Positions 48,118 through 64,000 of a stretch of DNA of 64,000 bases are shown here, piece by piece. The first letter of the stretch is position 1. Every line of letters starts with the position of its first letter. The notes under the pieces are model-generated. The model was not told the origin of the DNA, did no database searches, and saw only the letters and a program-made list of their open reading frames with translations. Source of the stretch: Chrysomallon squamiferum (Eukaryota > Animalia > Mollusca); the NCBI GenBank assembly GCA_012295275.1, contig CM022676.1:4278001-4342000 (forward strand), given 5' to 3'. Position numbers and translations under genes: made by a program.

Positions 48118-48400
48118 AGAAACACACACACAATTGAAAGAGTATGCTACTCAATGACTTGACAGAAAGAGTATCATGTGTTTTGCATTAAATCTTTTGT
48201 TCGATTTTTTCCACCCATGACTGGTTTTAAACAGAGTGGTAGAGTCCCAACATACAAGAATAAAACTGACGAAGTCTTGTCATAAAGTAAGAAACAAACC
48301 TTGGCAAACATCCATGTTGGCTAGGTTACGACACAATTCAAAATGGCCGCCCTTTATTTATGCAGCAAAGATTTCTAATTACAAAAAATGCACACGCACA

Positions 48401-48438
<38 letters not shown>

Positions 48439-48974
48439 GGTATGTATGTATACACATATACAAGCATACACTGATACCCAAACATGCACATACATAGGTA
48501 TAGTATACCTACCCACAAATATATATATATATATACACACATACACATACACACACACACACGCGCACACACAGAAAAACACACACAATAGAAAGAGTAT
48601 GCTACTCAATGACTTCACAGAAAGAGTGTCATGTGCTTTAGGTTATACCTTTAGTTCGTCTGTTTTCATGCATCACTGGTTTTAAACAGAGTGGTAGGGT
48701 CAGAACATACAACAATAACACTGACCACGTGATGTCATGACGTAAGAAACAAAACTTGACAAAGATGTTGCGTAGGTCACGCCACAATTCAAAATGGCCG
48801 CCCTTTTTCTATGCAGCAAAGATTTCTGTTGATTAAAAATGCACACACACACACACACACACATATAAAAGGAAATTTTGTTATCCGAACATATACCACC
48901 ACACACACATATATATATATATATATATAAAAGGAAATTTTGTTATCGTACGAACATATACCACCTACTATATA

Positions 48975-49028
<54 letters not shown>

Positions 49029-50062
49029 TATATACATACCTATATACTTAACTACATGTCTATATATATGTGTATAAATGCAAATATGGAAATATATACA
49101 CCCGTATTGTAAAATATCTTCACACATACTTATAAACGTACGTAAATACACTCGGACATGTATCAAAAGACAAAAAAAAATAAAAGTAAATAAAAGACCG
49201 TATGTCTAACGAAATGACAGAAGATCGGTTAACCGAATTTTGGGTAAGGAGTTAGAACAGGGAAACAGTCAAGGGACATAATTATATATAGGCAGATAGA
49301 TACGTATACACATACATATATAATATTATGACATACACTACACAACGTAATATATATATATAATATATATATATATACAATATAAAAATATGTAACAAAC
49401 AAGCATAATAATAATAACGAAACCACAACAACAATAACACATATGACAGTACACACACAACGTAACGTAACGACATGTAACATAATGTAACACAATACAC
49501 AAAAACATGAAACAAACACAGACATATATAATAATAAACAAAACCACAACAACAATAACACACACACACCTACTTGACACAAACCAACACACATACACAC
49601 ACGTCAAATCTTTTGTTCGACTTTTTCCATCCATGACTGGTTTTAAACAGAGTGGTAGAGTTACAACATACCAAAATAAAACTGACGAAGTCTTGTCATA
49701 AAGTAAGAAACAAACTTGATTAAACATCCATGTTATGTATTTTACGTTAAATCTTTTTGTTCGACCTTTTATCTATCCAGCAAACTGGTTTTGAAAAAAA
49801 ATGCACACGCACAGTTACAACATACCAAAATAAAATTGACACACACACACTTGTCATAAAGGTATGTATGTATACACAATACAAACATACACTGATATCC
49901 GAACATGCACATCCATGTTACGCTCATAAATATTATATACATACAACAAAATGTACATGCCTATATATATATATGCAGCAAAGATTTCTATATTATATAA
50001 AAATTTTAACATTAAATATATGTGTACAAGTATTCACACACACATATATATGACACACAGAG

Positions 50063-50094
<32 letters not shown>

Positions 50095-50191
50095 GTAAAA
50101 CACACACATACACACACATGTATATATATATAGCATACACTGATACCCAAACATGCACACACATAGGTATAGTATACCTACCCACAAACAG

Positions 50192-50236
<45 letters not shown>

Positions 50237-50596
50237 CAAAGAAAAACACACACACAATAGAAAGAGTATGCTACTTAATGACTTCACAGAAAGAGTGTCA
50301 TGTGCTTTAGGTTATATCGTTAGTTCGTCTTTTTTCATGCATCACTGGTTTTAAACAGAGTGGTAGGGTCAGAACATACAACAATAACACTGACCACGTG
50401 ATGTCATGACGTAAGAAAGAAAACTTGGCAAAGATGTTGCGTAGGTCACGCCACAATTCAAAATGGCCGCCCTTTTTCTATGCAGCAAAGATTTCTGTTG
50501 ATTAAAAATGCACATGCACACTTACTTACATGCACACACACACACACACACACACATATAAAAGGAAATTTTGTTATCCGAACATATATACCGACC

Positions 50597-50658
<62 letters not shown>

Positions 50659-50704
50659 GTGTTTTCATACATACATTCACACGTACATACACATATATAT
50701 ATAT

Positions 50705-50777
<73 letters not shown>

Positions 50778-51640
50778 TATATACACTTAACTACATGTCT
50801 ATATATATGTGTATAAATGTAAATATGGAAATATATACACCCGTATTGTAAAATATCTTCACACATACTTATAAACGTACATAAATACACTCGGACATGA
50901 ATAAAAAGAAAAAAAAAGAAAAGTAAATAAAAGACCGTATGTCTAACGAAATGACAGAAGATCGGTTAACCGAATTTTGGGTAAGGAGTTAGAACAGGGA
51001 AACAGTCAAGGGACATAATTATATATAGGTAGATAGATACGTATACACATACATAGGTATATTATACATACATACAGATATATATATATATATATACAAA
51101 CACACACACATACATTCATACGTACATAATATATAATAATATGACAGTACACTACATAACGTAACGTAACGACGTGTAACATAATGTAATACAATATAAA
51201 AATATGTAACAAAGCAAGCATAATAATAATAACAAAACCACAACAATAATAACACACACACACCTACACACACACACCAACACACATACACACACACACC
51301 TACACACCCCTACACACAGACATACACACACACACACACATATTGGAGTATAAACCGAACACAATAGAAAGAGTATGCTACTCAGTGACTTGACAGAAAG
51401 ATTATTATGTATTTTGCGTTAAATCTTTTGTTCGACTTTTTCCATCGATGACTGGTTTTGAAAAGAGTGGTAGAGTTACAACATACCAAAATAAAACTGA
51501 CGAAGTCTTGTCATAAAGTAAGAAACAAACCTTGGCAAACATCCATGTTGCCTAGGTTACGACACAATTCAAAATGGCCGCCCTTTATCTATGCAGCAAA
51601 GATTTCTAATTACAAAAAATGCACACGCACACTTACTTAC

Positions 51641-51671
<31 letters not shown>

Positions 51672-51772
51672 TATATATGGAAACAGACACATACACACAC
51701 ATGTATATATATAGCATACACTGATACCCAAACATGCACACACATAGGTATAGTATACCTACTCACAAACAG

Positions 51773-51804
<32 letters not shown>

Positions 51805-52066
51805 GCACACACACAGAAAAGCACTCACAATAGAAAGAGTATCCTACTTAATGACTTCACAGAAAGATTGTCATGTGCTTTAGGTTATATCGTTAGTTCG
51901 TCTTTTTTCATGCATCACTGGTTTTAAACAGAGTGGTAGGGTCAGAACATACAACAATAACACTGACCACGTGATGTCATGACGTAAGAAACAAAACTTG
52001 GCAAAGATGTTGCGTAGGTCACGCCACAATTCAAAATGGCCGCTCTTTTTCTACGCACACTTACTT

Positions 52067-52098
<32 letters not shown>

Positions 52099-52500
52099 AT
52101 AGGTATGTATGTATACACATATACAAGCATACACTGATACCCGAACATGCACATATACCACCTACCTGCCTACGCTCATAAATATTATATACATACAACA
52201 AATGTACATGCAATATATATCTGTATATATATATATATATAGATATATATTTTAACATTAAATATATGTGTGTGTGCAAGTTTCTTTGTGTATATATGTA
52301 TATATATGTAAATACAGACATACACACACACATATATATATATATATATGTAAACACACACATATACACCCATTCATACATATATATACTGAGAGAGAGA
52401 GATATATACATACATATATAGTACTTAACTACATGTATATTTACATATATGTATAAATTCAAATATTGAAATACATACACCTGTAAGGTAAAATACCTTC
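47830..52500. repeat. Expanded intergenic spacer: nested tandem copies of conserved blocks separated by AT/AC microsatellites
   Basis: The blocks gtctaacgaaatgacagaac, caatagaaagagtatgctactcaatgactt and aaacagagtggtag...aaaatggccgccc recur many times here and in every spacer (about 3690-5540, 13170-14070, 18660-20700, 45100-46080, 54290-56800). Confidence 0.85.
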
Positions 52501-52922
52501 ACACATACTTATAAATGTACATAAATACAAAAAAAAGTTAAATAAATTAAAACAAAAATATAAAGAAATACAAAAAAATAAAATAAAATAAAATAAAAAG
52601 AAAACGAAGAAGAAGAAATAACCTACTAAGAAGAATTAACTATTCAAAATACAACTCTGTATGTTATATCTCAGGCTGCATTAGGTATTTTTTCTGATTC
52701 AATCGAGTGGATTTAGTTTATTAATAAATATGCAAAGCCAATGAGACTTTTGGTCACGTTTTGTCTGACACAGGAAGTAAACGTCATAAGCTACCAGAAT
52801 AAAGTAGAACAAGAAGGCGTCGAAAACAGCTTTTACCTTGAGAGCAGTAAAATCGAGAAAGCAGTCAAGAAAAGAAAGTAACTATATTATAATTAACGGC
52901 AGTTAAAACTAAAATACTGGAA

Positions 52923-52980
52923 ATGAGTTGTAAGATATTCTGTGTGTTCGTGTTGCTGGGATGTGTAATTTACGTACAAG
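52923..52980 (+). pseudogene. Orphan leader exon MSCKIFCVFVLLGCVIYVQG; same deletion junction as 46485
   Basis: Junction gaattatatattaccattcattaccatt at about 53160 is the same as at about 46722. Confidence 0.75.
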
Positions 52981-54364
52981 GTATGTATTTTATATTCGTC
53001 CCAAATGACCGGCTTCTCGTATAGAATAGTCTAGCATAAACAGCAGAAGACACAGTTGAGCGCATTTACTAATTACCTGCCGTTTACCTTGAATAATACA
53101 TGTAATAAATTATGGAATAGTCTGATACAATTAAATGCAGAACACAGAAGAGAATTATATATTACCATTCATTACCATTTTGTGAATTGTGACTCTAACT
53201 ATGAGAAAACTTCGGGAGATTTATGACGTAAAACTAAAATATTTACACACGTATACATAAACAAAAAGAAACATTTGATGGGTCTCAGTAACACTGGTAT
53301 CATTCGCATGTTTCATCTTTTAATTTTATGTATTTCCTCAGATGTAAGATCCTTGACTTTATGAAAGTCTTTATTTTCTTGTATAACAGTAACATGAGAA
53401 ATGAAATTTCTGGCTGACAATGTCAGATTTTCTTTATACTAACAAGTTTTTTTCCACGGCTTGTTAAACCATATCTATCCAAGCTGTTCTCTTTTTTTGT
53501 GATACTCGTGAGCTATTCATATTTTTATTGTCTATTTACATTGAGTGAAGTAAAATTCTATGTGATGATTTTGTAAAAGTTTGTCGAGGTTTCGGGAGTA
53601 CGAATCTTTTTTTTTTTTTTTTTTTTTTTTTTTTGATATTGTAATAATCGGCTTGGACTAGATTTTTTTTTTTTTTTTTTTGAAATATATTTCTGCGTCT
53701 GCATGTTTCCTGTTAAATGTCTTTCTCTGTACTGTTAGATTTTATGGGGAATTTTTGCTTATGTAACAAAGAACTAAATGATAGAAAATGGGTTAAAGGA
53801 ACTGTGAGCAAGCATTTAGAACGGGAAACAGGACAAGGGACGTAATGAAGGGAACTGATGTAACTACTAAACTAGTGTTTACTATTTTTCTGCTCATTAT
53901 GCTGTCTTTCTTTATCATATTGCTGGTTTGTTTCTGTGTTCGTGATCACAAAGATATTTTTCGTTGTCATAATAAATACATTTTCCAGTTCTCTGCTATA
54001 TTTTATTCTTTCCCTTCGTACACAATAAGAAAGTATTTTTCTCTTTGTCTTTCATATGTGTTCGTCTCTTTGTGTGTCTTTGTTTATAACAAGCTTTCTC
54101 CATCGATTTTTGTATTTCCACGATTCTGGTTTTAGACACCTCTCTTTTCTTTTCTGTTATTCTCTAGTTATCTGTTACTCTGTCTGTTTGCTCTTTCTTT
54201 CTTTACTTCACTGTATCCTCACATCCATCCATCTGTCTACCCAATCACTGTCTCTGAGTATATAGTTACGTATATAAGAAGGTACGCCTAACGAAATGAC
54301 AGAACATGGGTTAAACCTATTGTGGGCAACCATTCAGAACAGGAAAACAGACAAGGGACATAAT

Positions 54365-54416
<52 letters not shown>

Positions 54417-54497
54417 ATATATAAATAAATAAATAAATAAATAAATATATATATATAGGTATGCACATACATAGGTATAGTATACCTACCCACAAAC

Positions 54498-54562
<65 letters not shown>

Positions 54563-55978
54563 GAAACACAAACACAATAGAAAGAGTATGCTATTCAATG
54601 ACTTGACAGAAAGAGTACCATGTGTTTTGCGTTAAATCTTTTGTTCGACTTTTTCCACCCATGACTGGTTTTAAACAGAGTGGTAGAGTCCCAACATACC
54701 AAAATAAAACTGACCAAGTCTTGTCATAAAGTAAGAAACAAACGTTGGCAAACATCCATGTTGCCTAGGTTACGCCACAATTCAAAATGGCCGCCCTTTA
54801 TCTATGCAGCAAAGATTTCTAATTACAAAAAATGCACACGCACACTTACTGACACACACACACACACGCACACTTACTTACACACAGACACACACATATA
54901 TATAGGTATGTATGTATACACATATACAAGCACACACTGATACCCAAACATCACATACATAGGTATAGTATACCTACCCACAAACAGATATATATATATA
55001 TATAATCACACACACACACACGCAAACAGAGAAAAACACACACAATAGAAAGAGTATGCTACTCAATGACTTCACAGAAAGAGTGTCATGTGCTTTAGGT
55101 TATATCGTTAGTTCGTCTTTTTTCATGCATCACTGGTTTTAAACAGAGTGGTAGGGTCAGAACATACAACAATAACACTGACCACGTGATGTCATGACGT
55201 AAGAAAGAAAACGTGGCAAAGATGTTGCGTAGGTCTCGACACAATTCAAAATGGCCGCCCTTTTTCTATGCAGCAAAGATTTCTGTTGATTAAAAATGCC
55301 CATGCACACTTACTTACATGCACACACACACACACACATATAAAAGGAAACTTTGTTATCCGAACATATACCACCTACCTACATGTGTATGTATATATAT
55401 ATATGTATATGTATATGTGTTTTCATACATACATTCACACGTACATACATACATACATATATTTATATATACATACATATACATATACATATATACAGAT
55501 ATATACATACAAATATACTTAACTACATGTCTATATATATGTGTATAAATGCAAATATGGAAATACATACACCCGTATTGTAAAATATCTTCACACATAC
55601 TTATAAACGTACATAAATACACTCGGACATGAATAAAAGAAAAAAAAAAAGAAAAGTAAATAAAAGAACGTATGTCTAACGAAATGACAGAACATCGGTT
55701 AACCGAATTTTGGGTAAGGAGTTAGAACAGGAAAACAGTCAAGGCAGATAATTATATATAGGTAGATAGATACGTATACACATACATAGGTATATTATAC
55801 ATACACACAGATATATATATATATACAAACACACACACACATACATTCATACGAACATAATATATAATAATATGACAGTACACTACACAACGTAACGTAA
55901 CGACGTGTAACATAATGTAATACAATATAAAAATATGTAACAAAGCAAGCATAATAATAATAACAAAACCACAACAAT

Positions 55979-56025
<47 letters not shown>

Positions 56026-56508
56026 CACACACCTATTGGACACATAAACACACACACAAATATTTCAGTATAAACCGAACCCAGTAGAAAGAGTATGCTA
56101 CTCAATGACTTGACAGAAAGAGTATCATGTGTTTTGCATTAAATCTTTTGTTCGACGTTTTCCATCCATGGCTGGTTTTAAACAGAGTGGTAGAGTCACA
56201 ACATACCAAAATAAAACTGACCAAGTCTTGTCATAAAGTAAGAAACAAACATTGGCAAACATCCATGTTGCATAGGTTACGCCACAATTCAAAATGGCCG
56301 CCCTTTATCTATGCAGCAAAGATTTCTAATTAGAAAAAATGCACACGCACACGTATTTACACACACAGACACATACACACACACATATATATATATAGGT
56401 GTGTATGTTATCACATATACAAGCCTACACTAACACCCGAACATGCACATATACCACCTACCTGCCTACGCTCATAAATATTATATCAATACAACATATG
56501 TACGTGCA

Positions 56509-56539
<31 letters not shown>

Positions 56540-59218
56540 AACATTAAATATATGTGTGTGCAAGTATGTTTGTTTATATATGTATATATATGTAAACACA
56601 GACATAAACACACACACACACACACATATATATGTAAACACATACATATACACACATCCATACATATATATATATATATATATAGATACATATATACGTA
56701 CTTAACTACATGTATATTTACATATATGTAAAAATGCAAATATCGAAATACATACTCCTGTAAGGTAAAATACCTTCAACATACTTATAAACGTACATAA
56801 ATACAAACAAATAAATAAATAAATAAACTAAGACGAAAATATAAATAAATACAAAAAAAATAAAAGAAAAGAAAATAAAAAGAAGACGAAGAAGAAGAAA
56901 TAACCTACTAAGAAGAATTAACTATTCAAAATACAACTCTGTATGTTATATCTCAGGCTGCATTAGGTATTTTTTCTGATTCAATCGAGTGGATTTAGTT
57001 TATTAATAAATATGCAGAGCCAATGGGACTTTTGGTCACGTTTTGTTTCACACAGGAAGTAAACGTCATAAGTTACCAGAATAAAGTCCAAGAAGAAGCC
57101 GTCGAAAACTGCTTTTAACTTGAGAGCAGTAAAATCGAGAAAGCAGTCAAGAAAAGAAAGTAACAATATTTTTATTAACGGCAGTTAAAACTAAATCACT
57201 GGAAATGAGTTGTAAGATATTCTGTGTGTTCGTGTTGCTGGGATGTGTAATTTACGTACAAGGGATGTATTTTATATTCGTCCCAAATGACAGGCTTCTC
57301 ATATAGAATAGTCTAGCATAAACAAGAGAAGACACGGTTGAGCGCGTTTACTAATTACCTGCCGTTTACCTTGAATAATATATGTAATAAATTATGGAAT
57401 AGTCTGATACATTTAAATGGAGAAAATACAACAAACTTATATAAAATTAGATTTATTCACAGATTTATTTGTAGATTTATTAATTACATTTACCAGATTA
57501 TAATTAGGCTCTCCCTCTTGCTTGTATGAACAGAATGGAGCATACCATTAAATCAGTTAGGGGTGTGCAGGATACATGACCAAATAAATAGTTTTGTCTA
57601 TCAAATAGCGTTTCTGCATTATAGGCTATCTGTCTGTCTTTTGAGGGAACCATTTATCTGTACCTGAGTTCATTTCATTTACTTACTGTGAAATCTATAC
57701 TCAGTCGAAGTTATGTTTCGTTGACTAATGTAGAAAAAATATATATGCGTAATTGCGTGATTTGAATTTTTGAAATATATCTTTATTAAAACATGAGACA
57801 ATAACAAACCATAACATAACATAACATAACATAACATAACATAAAATAACAACATGACGGTCCATAACAGAGAGTAACGTAACGTAAGGTAATGTAACAT
57901 AATTATGGAATAATGTATATAAAAAAACAACAAAAAAAACAACAACAAAAACACAACTAAAATAACAGAAAAAAAGAATGTAATTATAAAAAAATGTATT
58001 TAATTTTATTTGAATTGTTCTTTTATTATTTTAAAATTTAGGTCTGCATTACAGTTTAACAACATCAGAGAAATATGCAATTGTTGGATCACCTTTTACT
58101 ATTACCTGTCGAGGACATGCTACTCTAATTAACTGGTTTGAGAATAACACAAGATACAGGATGCGTGCACTAGATGAACACGGTCACTGTCATTTTCATA
58201 ATGAACATCCAAAAGAATACACTTTTAACTGTTCAAATGGTATTAAGACTGTGACAATAAAATCTGTGAAACTCAGTCAACATGGAACAGTGTGGAGATG
58301 TGGTTTTATTTACCGCAGCAATGAAATAAAACTGGAAGTGAGAGGTAAAATTCAGTTTCAGTATTATATACGAAATATATACTTTTAATGATGATAAAAC
58401 AATAAACTAAATAAATCAGCAAAAATATTAGCAAAATAAATACAAATAAATAAATAAATAGCAAAATAAATAAATAGTAGTGACATTAGTTATAATTATA
58501 ATATAATCAGCAACTACTGAAACACTACGGTATTAGCATCACATCGATGACAATATCCATAACTAACAATACGAGAAACCGAAATTTCTACTGTCAGAAA
58601 GATTAAACAAAAATATGCAGACAATGATGATGAAGCTGCCGATTATGATGATGATGTTGATAACGTTTTATTTTTATTTATTTTTTTTTTTTTCCAGACG
58701 GTCCTGGAACATCACTCAAACTCAATACTTCGTCTGTTGTGACTGTTGTGGAAGGAAGTGACGTCACAGTGTTGTGTTCGGCGACGTGTTTCATCACGTG
58801 TAATTATCAATGGAAGCTCGAAAATGACGTCCTAAGTAAAACAAGCATTCTCTCATTGGCTAATGTTCAGATATCACAATCACGTTTCTATGTGTGCGTG
58901 GCTGAAAATCCAGATACGAAACAAACTGCCAATGAAACACTTCGTTTGACTGTTCATAGTAAGTAATAAACTAATTAGAGTAAAAATACAAATGATAAAA
59001 TAAACAAACAAGTCAACATTTCTTAGACGTGTATATTTATAATATCAGAGACCCAGATATAAAAGTTTATTCAAGAATATCGAGATAAAAAAATTAGACT
59101 CACTTTGTTAGGCTATAGATTGCTTTATCTCTCTATTTATCTGAGTGTGTTTCTGTGTCTGTGTGTCTCAGGGTATGGGCGTGCCAGGGCGTGTTTAATG
59201 TTTACAATTTACTTTCAG

Positions 59219-59530
59219 AACGTCCGAATCTTCGAGGGTCTGCCCCTTACGCTTTCAGCGGTCTTTCATTTACGTTGACATGTCAGATTTTCCAAACTTC
59301 ACATAACGTCAGGTGGTTTGAGAATGACGTCAGCTATGACGTGTATAGTAATGGGCGCGCACACTGTGATGTTTTGTCACGTATTAGTGGAAATTACACT
59401 TTCAAATGTTTCCGTAAGAAGTTTCTAGTTACTATAAAATCTGTGAACAGAAATCAAGAAGGAAATATTTGGCGATGTGAAAATATCGATCATCAATATT
59501 CCAGTAACACAATTGTGTTGAAAGTTAGAG
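59219..59530 (+). CDS. Divergent second V-like Ig exon (V2), seen only in unit G
   Basis: 312 nt, phase 1-1; YAFSGLSFTLTCQIFQTSHNVRWFEN...HC...YTFKC...VTIKSVNRNQEGNIWRCEN...SNTIVLKVR keeps the four-Cys V pattern. Confidence 0.85.
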
Positions 59531-59571
59531 GTATTATAATTTCAATTTAATTTATGATAATAATAATAATA

Positions 59572-59614
<43 letters not shown>

Positions 59615-60169
59615 CAAAAACAAAAACAACAATAACAACAGTATCAGCAGGTATAACAATTATAATGATGATGAAGATGACGATGATGTTGATGATTATT
59701 ATAATCATGAGGATCATGTTGATAGTAATAGAAACAAACAAATATCATTGATGTATTTATTTATTTATTTCTTCTGCTTCTTCTTCGTCTTATTATTATT
59801 ATTATTATTATTATTATTTTTTTTTTTTTTTTTTTTACAGACGGACCCGGCAGCTCACCTCGAGTCAATTCTTCATCTGAAATCACTGTAGAGGAAGGAA
59901 GTGACGTCACATTATCATGCAAAGCCGATTGTTTTATCAGATGTCTTTACAGATGAGAACTGAGGAATCAGATTGTCAGTAACAACGGACTACTGGCACT
60001 GACTAATATCACGAGAGATCAATCTGGCATCTACACATGCATTGCTTCTAATCCGGATACGAAGAAAAGATCGTATACTAGAATTTTTATTAAGTGTAAG
60101 TTTTAATTAATTTTTATTTTAATTTTGAATACAGATCATAAAATAGTTATATAGAAACTATTCAGAGAG

Positions 60170-60273
<104 letters not shown>

Positions 60274-61596
60274 GATAAAAAACAATGATTTTAAACTGGA
60301 ACTGAGAGGTAAAATTAACTTATTTTTTATTAATATTATTACTGTACCTATTATATGTTTAAAACACAGAACAAAATTGTATAAAATTAGATTTATTTAT
60401 AGATTTATTTGTAGATTTATTGATTAAAGTTACTAGATAATAATTAGGCTCTCGTTATTGCTTGTATGAACAGACTGGATCATACCATTAAAGCAGTTAG
60501 GGGTGTACAGGATACATGACCCAATAAAGAGTTTTGTCTATCAAATGGTGTGTCTGCACTATAGGCTATCTGTCTGTCTTTTGAGAGGGAACCATTTATC
60601 TGTACCTGAGTTCATTTCATTTACTTACTGTGAAATCTATACTTAGTCGAAGTTATGTTTCGTTCACTAATGTAAAATGTATATGCGTAATTGTGTGATT
60701 TGTATTTTTGAAACATATCTATGTTAAAACATGAGACAATAACAAACCGTAACATAACATAACCTAACAACATGGCGGTCCATAACAGAGAGTAATGTAA
60801 CGTAACGTAATGTAACATAATTATGGAATAATGTATATAAAAAAAACAACAAAAAAACAACTAAAATAACAGAAAAAAAGAAAATAACACAAAAAAGAAT
60901 GTAATTATAAAAAAATGTATTTAATTTTATTTGAATTGTTCTTTTATTATTTTAAAATTTAGGTCTGCATTACAGTTTAACAACATCAGAGAAATATGCA
61001 ATTGTTGTATCACCTTTTACTTTTACCTGTCGAGGATATGCTCCTCTAATTAACTGGTTTGAGAATAACACAAGATACAGGATGAGTAAAGTAAACGAAC
61101 ACGGTCAGTGTTATTTTCATAATGAACATCCAGAAAAATACACTTTTAACTGTTCAGATGATATTAACACTCTGACAATAAAATCAGTGAAACGCAGTCA
61201 ACATGGAACAGTGTGGAGATGTGGGTTTTTTTCTGAACTAAGCAATGAAATAAAACTGGAAGTGAGAGGTAAAATTCAGTTTCACTATTATCATCCTACG
61301 AAATATATACTTTTAAAGATGATAAAACAATAAACTAAATAAATCAGCAAAAATATTAGCAAAATAAATACAAATAAATAAATAAATAGCAAAATAAATA
61401 AATAGTAGTGACATTAGTTATAATTATAATATAATCAGCAACAACTGAAACACTACGGTATCACCATCACTTCGATGACAATATCCATAACTAACAATAC
61501 GAACAACCCACAATTTGTATTGTCAGAAAGAATAAACAAAAATATGCAGACAATGATGATGAAGCTGCCGATAATGATGATGATGTTAATAACGTT

Positions 61597-61702
61597 TTCA
61601 AGTCGTTTTTACCTTCGTCAAGGAATGATATTTGTTGATGTTAACGTTGTTCAGCATCAACTAGTTGGAGGAGAAAGTGGAATGGTGTGAGTAGGCGCAC
61701 CC
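61597..61702 (+). mobile_element. Remnant of the Tc1-like element upstream of the TM exon
   Basis: Same fragment and same left junction as 23405-23506. Confidence 0.6.
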
Positions 61703-64000
61703 ATGAATCACAAAACCCAAATAAATAATTTGTCATTAGTCGTCAGAATTTCAGCATATTAGCTTATCTTTATTTGCACAAACGTTTTTGACCCTTAATT
61801 TATTTTGAGTAGTATATAATATCTTAATCTCACGTTTTTATTTTCATTAATGAATTTTCTGGCCCTGTAGAAGACAGCAGTCTGTTTGTAAAAATATTTG
61901 GCAGCGGTTTTGGAACTTTGCTTGTTCTGTCTGTTATCATTGTCATTGTCGTTGTTCTCCATGTCCGAAACAATTGAAGTATTTCTTTATTTGTTTGTTT
62001 GATTCCTTCTTTCTTTCTCTATTTCTTTTTATTTTATTTTCTATTCTTTATTTATTTATTCATTCATTCAGTTGATCGTTCGTTTATTTATTCATACCTT
62101 CATACTAGTGTATGTTTGTTCTTTGTATGTTTATTTATTTTATTATGTATTTTAATTACACTTACGCACGGATAAAAGTGGAGATAAATCAAGACTACCT
62201 TACAAAACTACATTACACAGAGTGATCAAACCTGTTTTCTTGACTACCTGTCTAGTTCAGCCACCTGATAAATACTAATTCCATTTATTTTTCTCATACA
62301 GCTTTACTAAATAGTTATTTTATGTTAAAATTGTGTTTGTGTGTTTATATATCTATCTATTTATATATATATATATGTACATACACACACGTCAGCACGA
62401 TTATTGTTTTCTCCACACCTCACAAGTTTTATACAAATGAAAATTTCATTCCATGTTTCAGATAATCCGACTGCGCCAGCGGCTGCACCACAACATACAG
62501 ACTTGTGATAAAGTTTGAAAATAAATGAAATTGTTGTTCGTGAATGACAAAGAAGAAAACAAGTTTTATTTGTTAATCATGTACTTCTTAAAACTGTTTT
62601 ATGAATACTAACAGGATATTAATTTGTTAAAAGTTTTTTTTACTAATATACAAGGCCTTCAGTTTCCTCAATGACACAAAATTTGAATACTGTAAATAGC
62701 TACCTGTTATAAATATTTTAATCAGTTGCTAATCCCGAATTTTTAATCATTCATTACCATTGTCTGAGATGTGACTCTAACTATGTGAAAACTTCGTGGG
62801 ATTTATGACTTAAAATCAATCTATTTACACACGTATACATTAACAAAAAAGAAACATTTGATCAATCTTGGTAACACTGGTGTCATTCATACATCTTTCC
62901 GCTTTTAATTTTTTATATTTCCTCAGATGTAAGATTCTTGACGTCATGAAAGTCTTTATTTTCTTGTATAACAGTAATATGAAAAATGAAATTCCTGGGC
63001 GACAATGGCAGAATAAATCTATATTTACAGGTTGTTTTTATACTAACAAGAGTGTTCTTTCCACGGTTTCGTAAACTTTATCTGTCAAAGCTGTTCTCTT
63101 TTTTTGTGATACTTGTGAGTTTTTCATATTTTTATTCTCTATTTACTTTGAGTGAAGCATAATTCTACATGATGATTTTGTAAAATTTGGACGAGGGTTT
63201 GAGCGTGCCAATCGATTTTGTTTGATTTTTGTTGTTTGTTTGTTTTTTATATTGAAATATACGGCTTAGATTGGATTTAAAATGCTTTTGTTTTTTCAAA
63301 CAATGTTTCAGTATGTGCATGTTTCCTGTTAAGTGTCTTTCTCTATACTGTTAGATTTTTGGGGGAATTGTTGCTTATGTAAAAAAAAAACGAAATGATA
63401 GAAAATCGGTTAAAAGAACTATGGTTAAGCAGTTAGAACTGGAAAAAGGACAAGGGACATAATGAAGGGAACTGATTTAAGTACTAAACTATATCTAACC
63501 AAGCTATTCCCTTTTTGGTGATACTTGTGAGTTTTTCATATTTTTATTCTCCATTTACATTGAGTGAAGCATAATTCTATATGAGGATTTTGTAAACGTT
63601 TGACGAAGGTTCGAGCGTACCAATCGATTTTGTTTGATTTTTGTTGTTTGTTTTGTTTTTTATATTGAATTAAACGGCTTGGATTAGATTTAAAAAGCTT
63701 TTGTTTTTTCAAACAATGTTTCTGTGTGTGCATATTTCCTTTTAAAGAGGACAAGGGACGTAATGAAGTGAACTGATGTAACTACTAAACTAGTGTGTAC
63801 TATTTTTCTGCTCATTATGTTATTTTCTTTATCATATTACCAGATTTGTTTATGTGTTCGCGATAACAAAGATTTTTCGTTGACATAATAAATACATTTT
63901 CCTGTTCTCTGCTGTATTTTATTGTTTCCCTTCGTGCACAATAAGCAAACTAATGTTTTTCTTTGTCTTTCAAATGTGTTCGTCTCTTTGTGTGTCTTTG

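Overview
AT-rich, microsatellite-dense animal DNA with GT-AG introns and one 200-N scaffold gap. The host is probably an invertebrate such as a mollusc, inferred only from composition and Ig-domain style. Nearly all ORFs in the supplied track are simple-repeat artefacts. Reading exons by hand shows the whole window is a tandem and inverted cluster of one family of type-I membrane immunoglobulin-superfamily receptors. The shared plan is a 58-nt signal-peptide exon, a V-like Ig exon, I/C-type Ig exons, a 117-nt transmembrane exon and cytoplasmic exons carrying an ITAM-like motif (YSSL-x8-YDV[I/L]). I find seven gene bodies (A 5969-11364 +, B 14735-17356 +, C 21088-24179 +, D 26044-27968 +, E 38228-29181 -, F 41003-43754 +, G 57205-62508 +) and six extra leader exons. 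V domains differ mainly in three CDR-like loops and look mosaic. Tails carry 0, 1 or up to 4 ITAM-like exon modules. Every copy has at least one lesion. E is the most complete, intact from leader through the TM. A decayed Tc1-like transposase lies in the intron before the TM exon.
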